From a virus: a stretch of DNA of 64,000 bases. Under the pieces are notes generated by a model that was not told where the DNA came from, searched no databases, and worked only from the letters and a program-made list of their open reading frames with translations. The position numbers and the translations under genes are program-made. The stretch covers positions 1 to 64,000 of IMG/VR virus record IMGVR_UViG_3300032242_000965; one strand, given 5' to 3'. Below, piece after piece: positions 27,895-37,970 of this stretch; position 1 is the first letter of the stretch; every line of letters begins with the position of its first letter.

Positions 27895-30800
27895 TTATAC
27901 CGTCTTGATTCCAAATACTGCCCAGTTATAACCATCACTCCATACATCCCAATATTGTGTAGTAGCTTGTGCTAACACTTTGGTACTTGCAGAACTACCG
28001 CTTGGACCATAGAAGTTACCTGCTGGTGTACTTAATGTAATGTTTTGTGAAGTATTTTGCCAGAATCTATAACCTATACCTGAGTTAGCAGCCTGTGTTG
28101 GGTCTGGTAGTGTAACAGTATATGTACCTGAACCAGCAAATTCAATAAATCCACTAGCATCTGCCACTGTCAATGTAGTAGTTGTAGTAAGCACTCTTGC
28201 ACTCTTTCGTATGCCACCAGTAACAGTCAAGTTGCCACCAACTGTGACATTACCAGTTGTAGTCATTGTATCAAGTGTGTTGAGGGCAAAGGCTTGGTTA
28301 ATCTGTGTAACTGTGGCCCAACTGTAGTTGGCTATCACACTTGCGTATTGACCATTAACATTTCGTAACACAATAGTTTGATTAGTATTTGGTGTATATA
28401 CTATTGATAATGGCACTGAACTAACTTGAGTGGTGGCTAAAGTAGCAAATCCCAGTGCTGTGGATAACGCAGTTCCTGAAACAGAGTCAACCCACTGGTA
28501 TCCTAAATAATTTGAAGCACCAGTGACAGCCAATACCGCAGTTAGGTTATAAGTAACACCAGAAGTTAAAGTCCATACGCCAGTTGAAGTATTGTACGGC
28601 ACAGTACCTGTGGCACTTTGAAATACAATATTAGTCGGTGTTCCTGGACTGCCAATGACCTGATTTGATGTCAAAGTCACGCTACTGTATTGATTGTTGA
28701 CCGTGCCAGTAGCAGTGGCTTGAATTGCTATTTTAGGATTAAGTTGTTTGATTGTAGCTCTGGTTCCAATTGCTAAAACTGTACAAGTCCCGCTGCCGTC
28801 TGTGGCTCTTAGTTTTACTGTTTGATTAGTATTAGGAGTATAGATAAGTCTAGCACTACTTGAATAATTGTCATTTGCTGTCCAAGTTGCAGGAACAGAT
28901 ACACCAGAACTACCTGTGCTAGTTGCGGCACCGTTTGATGTATCAAGTTGAGCATTGGTTGTAGCATCTACCCAACTATACCAAATAAATGCACCGGTAG
29001 AAGTAAAAGTATTAGTACACAATGTTGCCTCTAATAGATATGTTTTACCTGCGGTTAGTGTGAAGATATTGCTGGCGTATGCGATACCACCATTTGTCGC
29101 AGTTGTTACATTGAAATTAATATCAGCATTTTTAGCAACAAAAGTTTGGTCTGCTGATTTTTCAACCTGTATGTAATCTGGATTCACTGTACCATAAGTT
29201 GTTGGCTGACCGTTGACGATAACATTACCAGCGTAGACATTGCCTTGCCCACTACTACCAGCAATCAAGTTAGCACCAGTAATGTTGCCAGTAGCAGTGA
29301 GATCGCCGCTGGTGGTGTTAATTGTCACCCGTGCTGTAGCATCTAATGTTGGAGAGAACACAATGTTGCCTGTACTACCAGCTGTGCCATTACCAGTCTG
29401 AATATAACTAGTAGTGCCGGCAGTGACAATTCTAGTCTTAGTAGCTGTAGCATTGGCTATGTTGCCTAATGTCAATGCACCATATCCTGCAATCTCTGCG
29501 TTAGAAGTTAAGTTACCACCAGTGATTGTGCCTGTTACATTTAAACTAGTTAATGTACCTGTGCTTGTAATGTTAGGTTGTGTATTTGTATATACAGTAC
29601 CTGCTATTGTTGCATTACCCACTTGACCTGTTACATTCGCACCGGTAATACTAGTCAATCCACTACCAGTGCCTGTTGTTTGTAGATAACTAGTTGCAAC
29701 AACACCACCTAAGTAATTTGCATTGTTTGCATTTGCTACCCATCCGGTTACATTTGCACCAGTGATAGAACTTAATAATGATCCATTACCTGAATGATAA
29801 TTAGCAACTAACAGATTACCTAAACTAGCATTACCTGATGTTAGGTTGCCAGTATAAGTTGGTAGATAAGCAGAAGTATTTGAGTTACTATAGAATGTAT
29901 CAGTAATACCATATCCACTTATTGTTGTTGGTTTACTTGATATATTAGTCCAAGTAACAGCATTTGCTGTATTAGCCCAATTAGAAGTAATTGCATAGTT
30001 GACATTACCGGATACATTGGTACCAGTTATTGCATTTGCTGTATTAGCCCAATTAGAAGTAATTGCATAATTCACATTACCACTAACATTAGTACCAGTT
30101 ATTGAGTTGGCAACATTAGACCAGTTACTTGTTATTGCATAATTGACATTACCGGATACATTACCGCCGGTGATACTAGTCAATAAACTACCGTTACCGC
30201 TAAAATAATTACTCTTTGTCAGATTACCTAGGTTTGCATTACCTGATGTTAAATTACCAGTGAACGCAGCCATTGCAGTATTTGCTCTGTCTGTAGTATA
30301 ATATAGGTTAGTACCTTCAGTCAAATTAGTTGTAGTCTTTACGGCTAGTCTGGCGTCGAATGCAGTATTGGATCTTACATCTGTATAGTATAAGTTTGTA
30401 CCTTCACTTATATCTGTTGTACTTAATGTAACTGCACCTGTTTTAGTATTAACACTTGTAACACCACCTGTAACAGTAATAACGCCAGTTGTATTATCAT
30501 AACTACCGCTACCAGTTACACTTATCGCAGTTCTTGCTCTAGCATTTGTAAAGTATTTGTTAGTGCTACCTTCAGTTACATTGTCTGTTGTCTTGATTGC
30601 TAATCTATTGTCAAATGCGGTATTAGCCCTGTCTGTAGTAAAATATAAATTAGTAGATCCCTCAATAAGATTATCGGTTGTTTTTGCAGACAATCTATTA
30701 TCAAAAGCAGTATTTGCTCTTGCAGTTGTAAAATATAAATTAGTGCCTTCAGTTAATTCTGTAGTATTGATTGGTATATTGATATATGTGCCACCATCAC

Positions 30801-31164
30801 GTGTTTGTTCCCACTTTTGTGTTGATTCATTCCAACGCAATGCGGTGTTTGAACTAGATCCTCTACCAACGACTATACTGGCGTTTAAGGTAGGTGTACC
30901 AGTAGCACCACTGTTTAATGTTATTTTATTATCTGTGATGTTTTGAACACTAGTATTAGTAATTGTTTCAGTGCCTGTAACGTGTAAGTTATGAAAGGTA
31001 ACATCACTTGTAGTATCCAAACTTTGATTAGGTTTACCGGTAACATTGGCATATGCTACTGTATTTGCAGTATTGGCAATATTAGCAATAACTGCATTAC
31101 TTACAGTAACGTTTGAAGTACCTGTTGCTTTTGGTACTAATTTATAATCTGATAAATCTGACAT
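27895..31164 (-). CDS. Long tail fibre-like protein with internal repeats
   Basis: TT-x-L-x-EG-TNLY-[FY]-T repeats, GNV-x-G repeats, duplicated C1q-like modules. Confidence 0.8.
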   Translation of the reverse strand: MSDLSDYKLVPKATGTSNVTVSNAVIANIANTANTVAYANVTGKPNQSLDTTSDVTFHNLHVTGTETITNTSVQNITDNKITLNSGATGTPTLNASIVVGRGSSSNTALRWNESTQKWEQTRDGGTYINIPINTTELTEGTNLYFTTARANTAFDNRLSAKTTDNLIEGSTNLYFTTDRANTAFDNRLAIKTTDNVTEGSTNKYFTNARARTAISVTGSGSYDNTTGVITVTGGVTSVNTKTGAVTLSTTDISEGTNLYYTDVRSNTAFDARLAVKTTTNLTEGTNLYYTTDRANTAMAAFTGNLTSGNANLGNLTKSNYFSGNGSLLTSITGGNVSGNVNYAITSNWSNVANSITGTNVSGNVNYAITSNWANTANAITGTNVSGNVNYAITSNWANTANAVTWTNISSKPTTISGYGITDTFYSNSNTSAYLPTYTGNLTSGNASLGNLLVANYHSGNGSLLSSITGANVTGWVANANNANYLGGVVATSYLQTTGTGSGLTSITGANVTGQVGNATIAGTVYTNTQPNITSTGTLTSLNVTGTITGGNLTSNAEIAGYGALTLGNIANATATKTRIVTAGTTSYIQTGNGTAGSTGNIVFSPTLDATARVTINTTSGDLTATGNITGANLIAGSSGQGNVYAGNVIVNGQPTTYGTVNPDYIQVEKSADQTFVAKNADINFNVTTATNGGIAYASNIFTLTAGKTYLLEATLCTNTFTSTGAFIWYSWVDATTNAQLDTSNGAATSTGSSGVSVPATWTANDNYSSSARLIYTPNTNQTVKLRATDGSGTCTVLAIGTRATIKQLNPKIAIQATATGTVNNQYSSVTLTSNQVIGSPGTPTNIVFQSATGTVPYNTSTGVWTLTSGVTYNLTAVLAVTGASNYLGYQWVDSVSGTALSTALGFATLATTQVSSVPLSIVYTPNTNQTIVLRNVNGQYASVIANYSWATVTQINQAFALNTLDTMTTTGNVTVGGNLTVTGGIRKSARVLTTTTTLTVADASGFIEFAGSGTYTVTLPDPTQAANSGIGYRFWQNTSQNITLSTPAGNFYGPSGSSASTKVLAQATTQYWDVWSDGYNWAVFGIKTV
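29960..30160 (-). repeat. Three 66-nt coding tandem repeats
   Basis: NVSGNVNYAITSNWANTANAIT-like unit three times. Confidence 0.8.
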
Positions 31165-31182
31165 TCCCTATTCCTTATTTTA

Positions 31183-33909
31183 TCAATAAACTCTCCATGT
31201 AGTGCCGTTATAGAACAATCCAAAACTTTGATTGTCAACACTTACTGTCATATCACTTGCTGATCCCATAATTGTTTTACCGTTTCTAGCAATTACTAAA
31301 TTGTGCGTAGAATAAGAACCCCCGGCGCATGCAAAATATATTGCATCACCCGTTGATGGACTTGATGGTAATGTTGCTGTTACTATGTTTGATGTTGTAT
31401 CAACTCCATATCTTCCACCAACAGTTGCACTAAAGTCTGTTGATTTAATATCGAAAGGTAATTCAACTTTTATTACAGGCTTATTGTTATTATCTAAAAT
31501 ATTACCATCTGCAGGTAATGTTAGATTACCGTTTTGTTCAAAGATCCATATATTTTTACTACCAGTTGGATGATTAAAATTAGTAGTCAATTCTACTGCT
31601 TCAGAACCAATAATAAGTTGTGTAGTCTTTTGACCAACATTACTGTCGTAATTTACAAATGATAACCCTGTACCACCACCTGTTGTTGTATTATAAACTT
31701 CAAAGTTTAAGTCGTTACCTTCTTCTGCAACAACATCACCGGGAACAGTTAGTGTACCGTTATTATCAAATTGCCAAGTATGTTCAATACCACTAACTGA
31801 CCCGCCATCATAAACCTTGATGTTTGCACCGGTCGTTGTTGCATCAATAGTAGTAAAAACATTGGGTTCGTTTTGATTACTTACTGATTGTAAACGTGCC
31901 TTAGAACTATAACCGGCACTCATGGATTGTATTACTAAATCAGTATTATATCCTCTTATTATAGAATTATCCGGTGTTTGTAATGTTTGATTATTAAACT
32001 GCCAAGCATAATATGAACCTTGAATATCTGTTTCTATCTTAAAATTATAATTATTAAGACTTGTTCTTGTTAATACATTATTGCTACCATCAACTATAGT
32101 TTGACGAACTTCATTTCCGTTACCGATTGGATCAACTGCTGTAATAGTAACATTGTTTTCTGACTTGCCGTATATGATTCCATCAGTAGCAAAGTTCCAT
32201 ATCATGTTATCATTGTCTACTCCGATAACTACATTACCACCTGAACTTGTAACATTAGCATAACTAGTACCATTGGTAATTAAGTTAGTGTTGGCACTAA
32301 CACCACTACTACCATATAAACTACCAGTTACCCCAATACCATCACCATCAAAGCCACTGCTACTGTGACTGCTACCATATCCACCCTGTCCACTAGTACT
32401 AATAGTATTGAAATTAGCATTTGTAACAAAGAAGCCAAAAATTCCATCTTGATAAGTTACAACATACTCACCGCCGCCTACCTCACTTGAACTAGATACT
32501 ACGTCACCATTGTTATAAGATATCTCATTTGCTATGTTAGTGTTGATATAATTAGCACTATCATATTCATCATTTCCGCCGTCATTAATATAATTGCTTG
32601 GCCAATTACTTCCATCAAAGAATTCAAAGTTTGTTTTTACACTAGGAATGATTGACTTAAAGTTATCAAAGTTGTTATAGAACAAAGATTTCATAGTGGC
32701 TATATCATTATAAGAATAACTGCCTGGTGTATTACCGTCTATGATAACATTGTCAATAACAGATTCTACAAATTCTCTTAACGCAACTGTAGAAGTCTGT
32801 GTAACATTATCACTAATGACAACTAACATTACTACAATATCGCTACCTGCTAGGCCCGTTACTTGGAAATCATCACTACTTGTTGATGTATCAATAGTAC
32901 TTGTAGGTGTAACGGTATCTTTATAAATTACTAGTTTGTTAATTGGACCATTAGGATCACTGTAGTTATCATACATACTACCATAATGCGCTCTAAAGCC
33001 CTTATATGGTTCTAGTAATGTTGATCCGCCACCGCCTCCAGCTAATAAATCAGTGCCTGATGTGTCTCTGATTGTTTTGCCTATAGGTAATATTAGATCA
33101 CCGTCATGACCAAACTTCCAACGATGCCCAGTACCCGGTATATCATCGGGAATATTATCATTAGTTCCAATAGTTATATCACCGTCAGTTGTTGTACGAA
33201 CATACTGTGAATCATTACCTACAAACAAACTTGTTATTTGTAAATTACCAGTAGTCAGATGTAAGTGGTTGCCTTCACCACCGGCATTTGTTGGATATAC
33301 TACTAATTTTTGATTAGCATCACTGCCGTCAGCCGGAGTTAACACTATTGCCGTACCAACACCACTTGGGCTAGTAGTTTCATTAATAGTACTACCTGTA
33401 GGTAGATTTAAGTTACCATCTTTATTAAATGTCCAAGTAGAAGTAGTACCACTTCCATAAGAATTAGCAGTTTGTAATCTAATATTACCGTCGATGGTTA
33501 TCACTTCAAAGTCACTAACTTCCTGTGGTGTAATATTAAATGTTTTATGACCTGCATTATCTGTTGTTTGAGAAATGTTGGCACCATTTGCTAATTCTAA
33601 AACAGCATCATCATGGAAAGTCCATCGATATCCATTGACTTGAACAGCCGCATTACCATTTTCTACCCAAATATAACTATCATTGCTTTCTAATTCAACA
33701 TAGTTACTACCTACGATATTAACAATATTATTACTGGATCCGATATTATCACCATTGAATGTAATATTGCCGGTGTCAATACCGCCTGCATAGTTTTTAA
33801 GTTGAAGTGCAGTTATTTTGTAATTATTGCCACTGTCTATTACTGGAAGTTCTGTACTATCTACTATACTAGATAGTGAACTCATTTGTGATATTTTTAT
33901 ATTTGCCAT
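31183..33909 (-). CDS. Tail fibre-like protein
   Basis: Recurrent W-x-F-x-x-DG-x-L-x-LP motif; gp34-like C-terminal module VDTTS-TATLP. Confidence 0.75.
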   Translation of the reverse strand: MANIKISQMSSLSSIVDSTELPVIDSGNNYKITALQLKNYAGGIDTGNITFNGDNIGSSNNIVNIVGSNYVELESNDSYIWVENGNAAVQVNGYRWTFHDDAVLELANGANISQTTDNAGHKTFNITPQEVSDFEVITIDGNIRLQTANSYGSGTTSTWTFNKDGNLNLPTGSTINETTSPSGVGTAIVLTPADGSDANQKLVVYPTNAGGEGNHLHLTTGNLQITSLFVGNDSQYVRTTTDGDITIGTNDNIPDDIPGTGHRWKFGHDGDLILPIGKTIRDTSGTDLLAGGGGGSTLLEPYKGFRAHYGSMYDNYSDPNGPINKLVIYKDTVTPTSTIDTSTSSDDFQVTGLAGSDIVVMLVVISDNVTQTSTVALREFVESVIDNVIIDGNTPGSYSYNDIATMKSLFYNNFDNFKSIIPSVKTNFEFFDGSNWPSNYINDGGNDEYDSANYINTNIANEISYNNGDVVSSSSEVGGGEYVVTYQDGIFGFFVTNANFNTISTSGQGGYGSSHSSSGFDGDGIGVTGSLYGSSGVSANTNLITNGTSYANVTSSGGNVVIGVDNDNMIWNFATDGIIYGKSENNVTITAVDPIGNGNEVRQTIVDGSNNVLTRTSLNNYNFKIETDIQGSYYAWQFNNQTLQTPDNSIIRGYNTDLVIQSMSAGYSSKARLQSVSNQNEPNVFTTIDATTTGANIKVYDGGSVSGIEHTWQFDNNGTLTVPGDVVAEEGNDLNFEVYNTTTGGGTGLSFVNYDSNVGQKTTQLIIGSEAVELTTNFNHPTGSKNIWIFEQNGNLTLPADGNILDNNNKPVIKVELPFDIKSTDFSATVGGRYGVDTTSNIVTATLPSSPSTGDAIYFACAGGSYSTHNLVIARNGKTIMGSASDMTVSVDNQSFGLFYNGTTWRVY

Positions 33910-33910
33910 G

Positions 33911-34081
33911 TTAATTTTCCGTTACGAATCCATATTGGTCATCTTCAGTAGTAATTATATTATTTGTCTCATCTAAAATATAGTTGGAATAAACCGGTGG
34001 GTTGAAGATATCATAATTTAGTAATTGCATACCGCCGGATAATTTAACCCCGTTCAATACTAAAAGTGTACCGGAACTCAT
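33911..34081 (-). CDS. 56-aa fibre-associated microprotein
   Basis: Hand-translated MSSGTLLVLNGVKLSGGMQLLNYDIFNPPVYSNYILDETNNIITTEDDQYGFVTEN; fills the gap with 1-nt spacing on each side. Confidence 0.7.
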   Translation of the reverse strand: MSSGTLLVLNGVKLSGGMQLLNYDIFNPPVYSNYILDETNNIITTEDDQYGFVTEN

Positions 34082-34082
34082 T

Positions 34083-34382
34083 TTATTTTTCCGTGTCCAT
34101 TATAACGATAGTCATTGTTCCATCTGACGCTTGATGTGTCATACCGGCTACCTTCCATCCCGGAGTAGTTTCAAAGATATATGCTTCACTACCTGGCATT
34201 GCAAAGCTAGCAATATTTGCAGTTGGATTAGTCCCGAATTGTAACCAATGATGGTCACCTGTCAATGTTATAAGAACTTTACGTGCATTGATTGCCGTTG
34301 ATTGTCTTGAACTTGTAGTAGTTGCAACTGTCTGCCATCTTGGTGCGCCGTTACTAAAGTATAGAGGTATTTTGTGATCCAT
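34083..34382 (-). CDS. Hypothetical beta-rich virion protein
   Basis: 99-aa ORF in the late fibre operon. Confidence 0.55.
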   Translation of the reverse strand: MDHKIPLYFSNGAPRWQTVATTTSSRQSTAINARKVLITLTGDHHWLQFGTNPTANIASFAMPGSEAYIFETTPGWKVAGMTHQASDGTMTIVIMDTEK

Positions 34383-34383
34383 G

Positions 34384-34665
34384 TTATTTTCCTATTGGCT
34401 TTTCGCCGGTTAAGTATGGTCTACTAAACCATAGTTGAAACCATTCTTTGGTTCCGGGTTGTATGTTGTTTTTCTTCATCAACAAACCCTTTTCGTTTCC
34501 AGTAATACTTATATTACTTTCTTCCCCTATCACCTGACTAGTAATTCCGCTAAGTTTTTTTAAGTCTTCTAGGGTTGTGTCTAGGTTCTCTTGATGTGAC
34601 GGAATGGATTTAAGTTTATTAAATCCATTCATAAGTTGTTTTTGCTTATATACATCAAAGGACAT
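34384..34665 (-). CDS. Hypothetical protein
   Basis: LKKLSGI and IQPGTKEWFQLWF; late promoter 4 nt upstream. Confidence 0.65.
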   Translation of the reverse strand: MSFDVYKQKQLMNGFNKLKSIPSHQENLDTTLEDLKKLSGITSQVIGEESNISITGNEKGLLMKKNNIQPGTKEWFQLWFSRPYLTGEKPIGK

Positions 34666-34680
34666 GATGTATTTATCTGA

Positions 34681-35373
34681 CTATTTGATGTCTATCGGTC
34701 TTGTCTTAGTAGCAACAATAGAATAATATATCTCAGGAATAGCAGCACTTTCGTCAGTCTGTGGGTTCTTTACAGTTAAATCAAACTTCATATCATTGAA
34801 TTTGTCGATTCTAAACCCAGTACGTTGCAATAATGCGGCTAATTGAATGTTACCCATAACACTATAATTTTCAGCATTAAATTCGTGTTTTCTGTCATTG
34901 TTCTCGGGTGCAGGGACCTCAATATATATCTTGCCATTTAATTTCAATAATCTGTTATATTCAACTAATGTGAAAATAGGATATGGACTAGTTTGTAACA
35001 TCTGACGCATATAGACAAAATCAATAGTTTCGTCATTAAAACCGTCTTTCTGTGGTAAAAAGGTCATATCATAGTTTTTTACACTATGCCCTTTATTTCT
35101 ACAGACTTCTGTATCTTTATCATTCAATGTTATACCCAACATGTTAGTATAACCATTTTCTTTCATTTTGTCTAAGAAGTAACCCTGACCACATCCAATA
35201 TCTAATATCGCAGCACCCTTAGGAATATTCAAAGGATCAATATGCATTTCAATTGATTTTTCAATAATGGCTTTGCTAAATTCAGGAGACGGGTCAGTTG
35301 ACATAACAGTATAAATCCATTCATTGAAGAACTTCAATTTTACTAAGTCAAGTGTTTTGTTAATGTCAATCAT
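34681..35373 (-). CDS. Class I SAM-dependent methyltransferase
   Basis: ILDIGCGQG; RLLKLNGKIYIEVP. Confidence 0.85.
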   Translation of the reverse strand: MIDINKTLDLVKLKFFNEWIYTVMSTDPSPEFSKAIIEKSIEMHIDPLNIPKGAAILDIGCGQGYFLDKMKENGYTNMLGITLNDKDTEVCRNKGHSVKNYDMTFLPQKDGFNDETIDFVYMRQMLQTSPYPIFTLVEYNRLLKLNGKIYIEVPAPENNDRKHEFNAENYSVMGNIQLAALLQRTGFRIDKFNDMKFDLTVKNPQTDESAAIPEIYYSIVATKTRPIDIK

Positions 35374-35429
35374 TTATTATCCTATAAGTTAATGATATTA
35401 CTTATCTGGATAATAGAGTGTTATTATTT

Positions 35430-35816
35430 TTATTTGCTGAAGCCTTTGAAGCCTAATACTGGGCTGACTTTATGAGTATCGCCTGGCTCACTACTCTTAC
35501 CACGCTTTGCCATTTTATGATGTTCGCTTGGAATAGTCTTAAGTGCAGATTGAATCATATTATGTTCTTCATCTGTATATGGATGATAACTATTGAACTT
35601 CTCTACTGGACTAGCCGCGTCCATTTTAACTTTTTTAGTAGACTTGCCATCTGCCATAGCCATTGCCATGCCTAAACGATTTTGATGGTAAACACGATCG
35701 TATCCACCTACGTCACGTGCAATTATACTGCCACCTGTACCGGTAGCGTTTTCATGGTCTTTGTGCATTTTACCACGAACAGGGCCACCTTCAGTTATAA
35801 ATTCATTTGCTCTCAT
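35430..35816 (-). CDS. Probable head-internal protein
   Basis: N-terminus MRANEFITE resembles the T4 capsid-targeting sequence MKTYQEFIAE. Confidence 0.6.
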   Translation of the reverse strand: MRANEFITEGGPVRGKMHKDHENATGTGGSIIARDVGGYDRVYHQNRLGMAMAMADGKSTKKVKMDAASPVEKFNSYHPYTDEEHNMIQSALKTIPSEHHKMAKRGKSSEPGDTHKVSPVLGFKGFSK

Positions 35817-35817
35817 A

Positions 35818-36639
35818 TTAATTATCTATCTCATATGATACTAAGTGAATAATAGGATCATTGAATTGGGGACTTACCATTATTCTTATGTTACCAAAGA
35901 ATCTATCAACATTGTAAGTTGTTACCGGTAGTACTCCGCTAAAGACTGTACTATGTGCAGTATATTTAACAGTGGCTTCGTCACCTGTCAATATTACATT
36001 AAGTACTACCGACTGTGTATAATTGGTACCTACTTTTCTACTTGAGGTTACTTTAAATGTAGCACTAGTAAATCTTGCGGTTGGTACCTGATATATAACT
36101 TGATTAGGGGTAGCGTCAGGTGTTGTAGTTTTAAAAGAGCCAATTATTGAATTACCATATGCAAGACTATTACCTAAGGCAGTATCACCAGTAGTAATAA
36201 GATTTCCACTTACCTGAATGTCATTTAATCCTGCTAAACTAATTTTAGCACCGGGACTACCTACAATAGAGAATGATATTACATTTCCCGATTCTGAAAG
36301 ATTAACATTGCCTAAATCAAGACCATCATTGCTTACATAAATTTTATGTATTGGATTAGCACGTGTACCTATATCTACGGTTGATCCATTAACCACACTT
36401 ATATTTGAATTAAACTGTAATCTATTGTTAGCAGTATCAAAGTATAAATTAGGGCTACCGGTATATGTATTTGCTGTTTTGAACTGTAGTGACCCTTCAA
36501 TTCCTGATGGAGTAGGGAAACTAAAGGATGCTAAAGAAGTAAAATTATTATTGATTTTATCAAAAGCAACACGTAACGGATCACCTGTACCATCGTTAGC
36601 AAGTGCACCTATATCAATTAAATCGACTGGGATTGTCAT
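35818..36639 (-). CDS. Baseplate wedge/fibre-connector-like protein (gp9/gp10 N-terminal motif)
   Basis: IDIGALANDGTGDPLRVAFDKINNNF. Confidence 0.75.
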   Translation of the reverse strand: MTIPVDLIDIGALANDGTGDPLRVAFDKINNNFTSLASFSFPTPSGIEGSLQFKTANTYTGSPNLYFDTANNRLQFNSNISVVNGSTVDIGTRANPIHKIYVSNDGLDLGNVNLSESGNVISFSIVGSPGAKISLAGLNDIQVSGNLITTGDTALGNSLAYGNSIIGSFKTTTPDATPNQVIYQVPTARFTSATFKVTSSRKVGTNYTQSVVLNVILTGDEATVKYTAHSTVFSGVLPVTTYNVDRFFGNIRIMVSPQFNDPIIHLVSYEIDN

Positions 36640-36722
36640 ATTTTTATTCCATTAATAATATATTTATCTTTTATTGTCTGGGCACGATATTCCGCTAAAT
36701 ATATGACTTTAAAGGAGTTTTT

Positions 36723-37541
36723 ATGCGTAAAATTATGTTGTCATTAACACTATTATTAGTAAGTTCAATGACATTTGCTTGGACACAACGTCCACCACAG
36801 GATCCACAGACATGTAAAGTACATGCACCATATGGATTTCCTCAGTCTGTAGGAGTAAATCCTATTTGCCGTCAAGCATATCTAGTTGGATATGATGCGG
36901 CTGCTAAATTACCAAGATTCGTTACTTACGAATTATTACCGCAAAATGCACTAGGATGTGTTGCACGTACTAACGCATTTGCTGCCGACCAATCAGTTCA
37001 AAATGGTCCTAGACCAGATGATTATGCAGGTACAGGATATGACAAGGGTCACATGGCTCCAGACGGTGACTTGAGTTGGGATACACAAGTTGAGTTTGAG
37101 AGTTTCTTAATGACTAACATGAGCCCTCAGGCTGGTTCATTGAATCGCGGTATCTGGAAACTATTAGAAACTAGTGTACGTGGTTGGGTCGTTCAAGGTA
37201 ATCAAAGTTATACAATTTATGTTGGTGGAATATATAATGCACAAGACAAGAAAATTGGTAATGGTGTAGTTGTTCCTCATGGCTTCTATAAGATTGTTAT
37301 TAACAACAAAACAAATGAAATTGCAGGTTGGGGATTCCCTCATGTTGCACCCTATCCCAACTTAGGTAATGACTTAACTAAGTTCCGTATGCCAGTTGCA
37401 GACATTATGAAGCAAGCAGGTGTGCAATATGCATTCCCTCAAGGTGCTAAAGAAGTGCAACCAGGTAAAGAATGGCCAGTAAACTTTGGTGATTTGACTA
37501 AAGCAAAACGTGCTAAGTGCCCGGGCTCTAAAGACGATTGA
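36723..37541 (+). CDS. Secreted DNA/RNA non-specific endonuclease (NucA/Serratia family)
   Basis: Signal peptide; YDKGHMAP, SFLMTNMSPQ, LNRGIWKLLE, VPHGFYK. Confidence 0.93.
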   Translation: MRKIMLSLTLLLVSSMTFAWTQRPPQDPQTCKVHAPYGFPQSVGVNPICRQAYLVGYDAAAKLPRFVTYELLPQNALGCVARTNAFAADQSVQNGPRPDDYAGTGYDKGHMAPDGDLSWDTQVEFESFLMTNMSPQAGSLNRGIWKLLETSVRGWVVQGNQSYTIYVGGIYNAQDKKIGNGVVVPHGFYKIVINNKTNEIAGWGFPHVAPYPNLGNDLTKFRMPVADIMKQAGVQYAFPQGAKEVQPGKEWPVNFGDLTKAKRAKCPGSKDD

Positions 37542-37557
37542 TTAATTTTAATCCAAT

Positions 37558-37584
37558 AAAAAAGCACCCTAGGGTGCTTTTTTT
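37558..37584. terminator. Bidirectional terminator
   Basis: AAAAAAGCACCCTAGGGTGCTTTTTT between convergent genes. Confidence 0.9.
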
Positions 37585-37598
37585 GTGCCAGTAATTAA

Positions 37599-37814
37599 TT
37601 ACTTGGGTGCAAATTTTTCACTTGCAGTAAAGCCTAATCCGGCTACTACTATATACATCAATGCGTTTAACATTGGTGCATCTATTTTCAAATCATACAA
37701 TAAGTCACCAATTGCGGCAGCGCCTATTAATAAGAATGATAATAATGTAATAACTCTTTTGCTACTAATGCTATCATTAGTACCATCACTTAACATACTT
37801 TTTAACCAACTCAT
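37599..37814 (-). CDS. Two-TM membrane protein, holin candidate
   Basis: SSKR followed by two hydrophobic helices; downstream of spanins. Confidence 0.55.
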   Translation of the reverse strand: MSWLKSMLSDGTNDSISSKRVITLLSFLLIGAAAIGDLLYDLKIDAPMLNALMYIVVAGLGFTASEKFAPK

Positions 37815-37816
37815 AA

Positions 37817-37960
37817 TTATCTCCAAAAGAATAATATTGCTTTTAACTTGTCTATATACTTTTGTAAGTACTTAGATTGAAAGTCTTTTGCATATTGTGG
37901 TTGAGGAAAGTTCCAACCAATAAATGCACCGATTGCTATATAAATTAATGTCTCTATCAT
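37817..37960 (-). CDS. 47-aa membrane microprotein
   Basis: Hand-translated MIETLIYIAIGAFIGWNFPQPQYAKDFQSKYLQKYIDKLKAILFFWR; GGAG RBS. Confidence 0.7.
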   Translation of the reverse strand: MIETLIYIAIGAFIGWNFPQPQYAKDFQSKYLQKYIDKLKAILFFWR

Positions 37961-37970
37961 AACTAACTCC

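Noticed and set aside
29960-30760. Direct repeats as a CRISPR array or DGR template
   Set aside because: In-frame coding repeats of the fibre with mostly synonymous variation; no unique spacers and no reverse transcriptase
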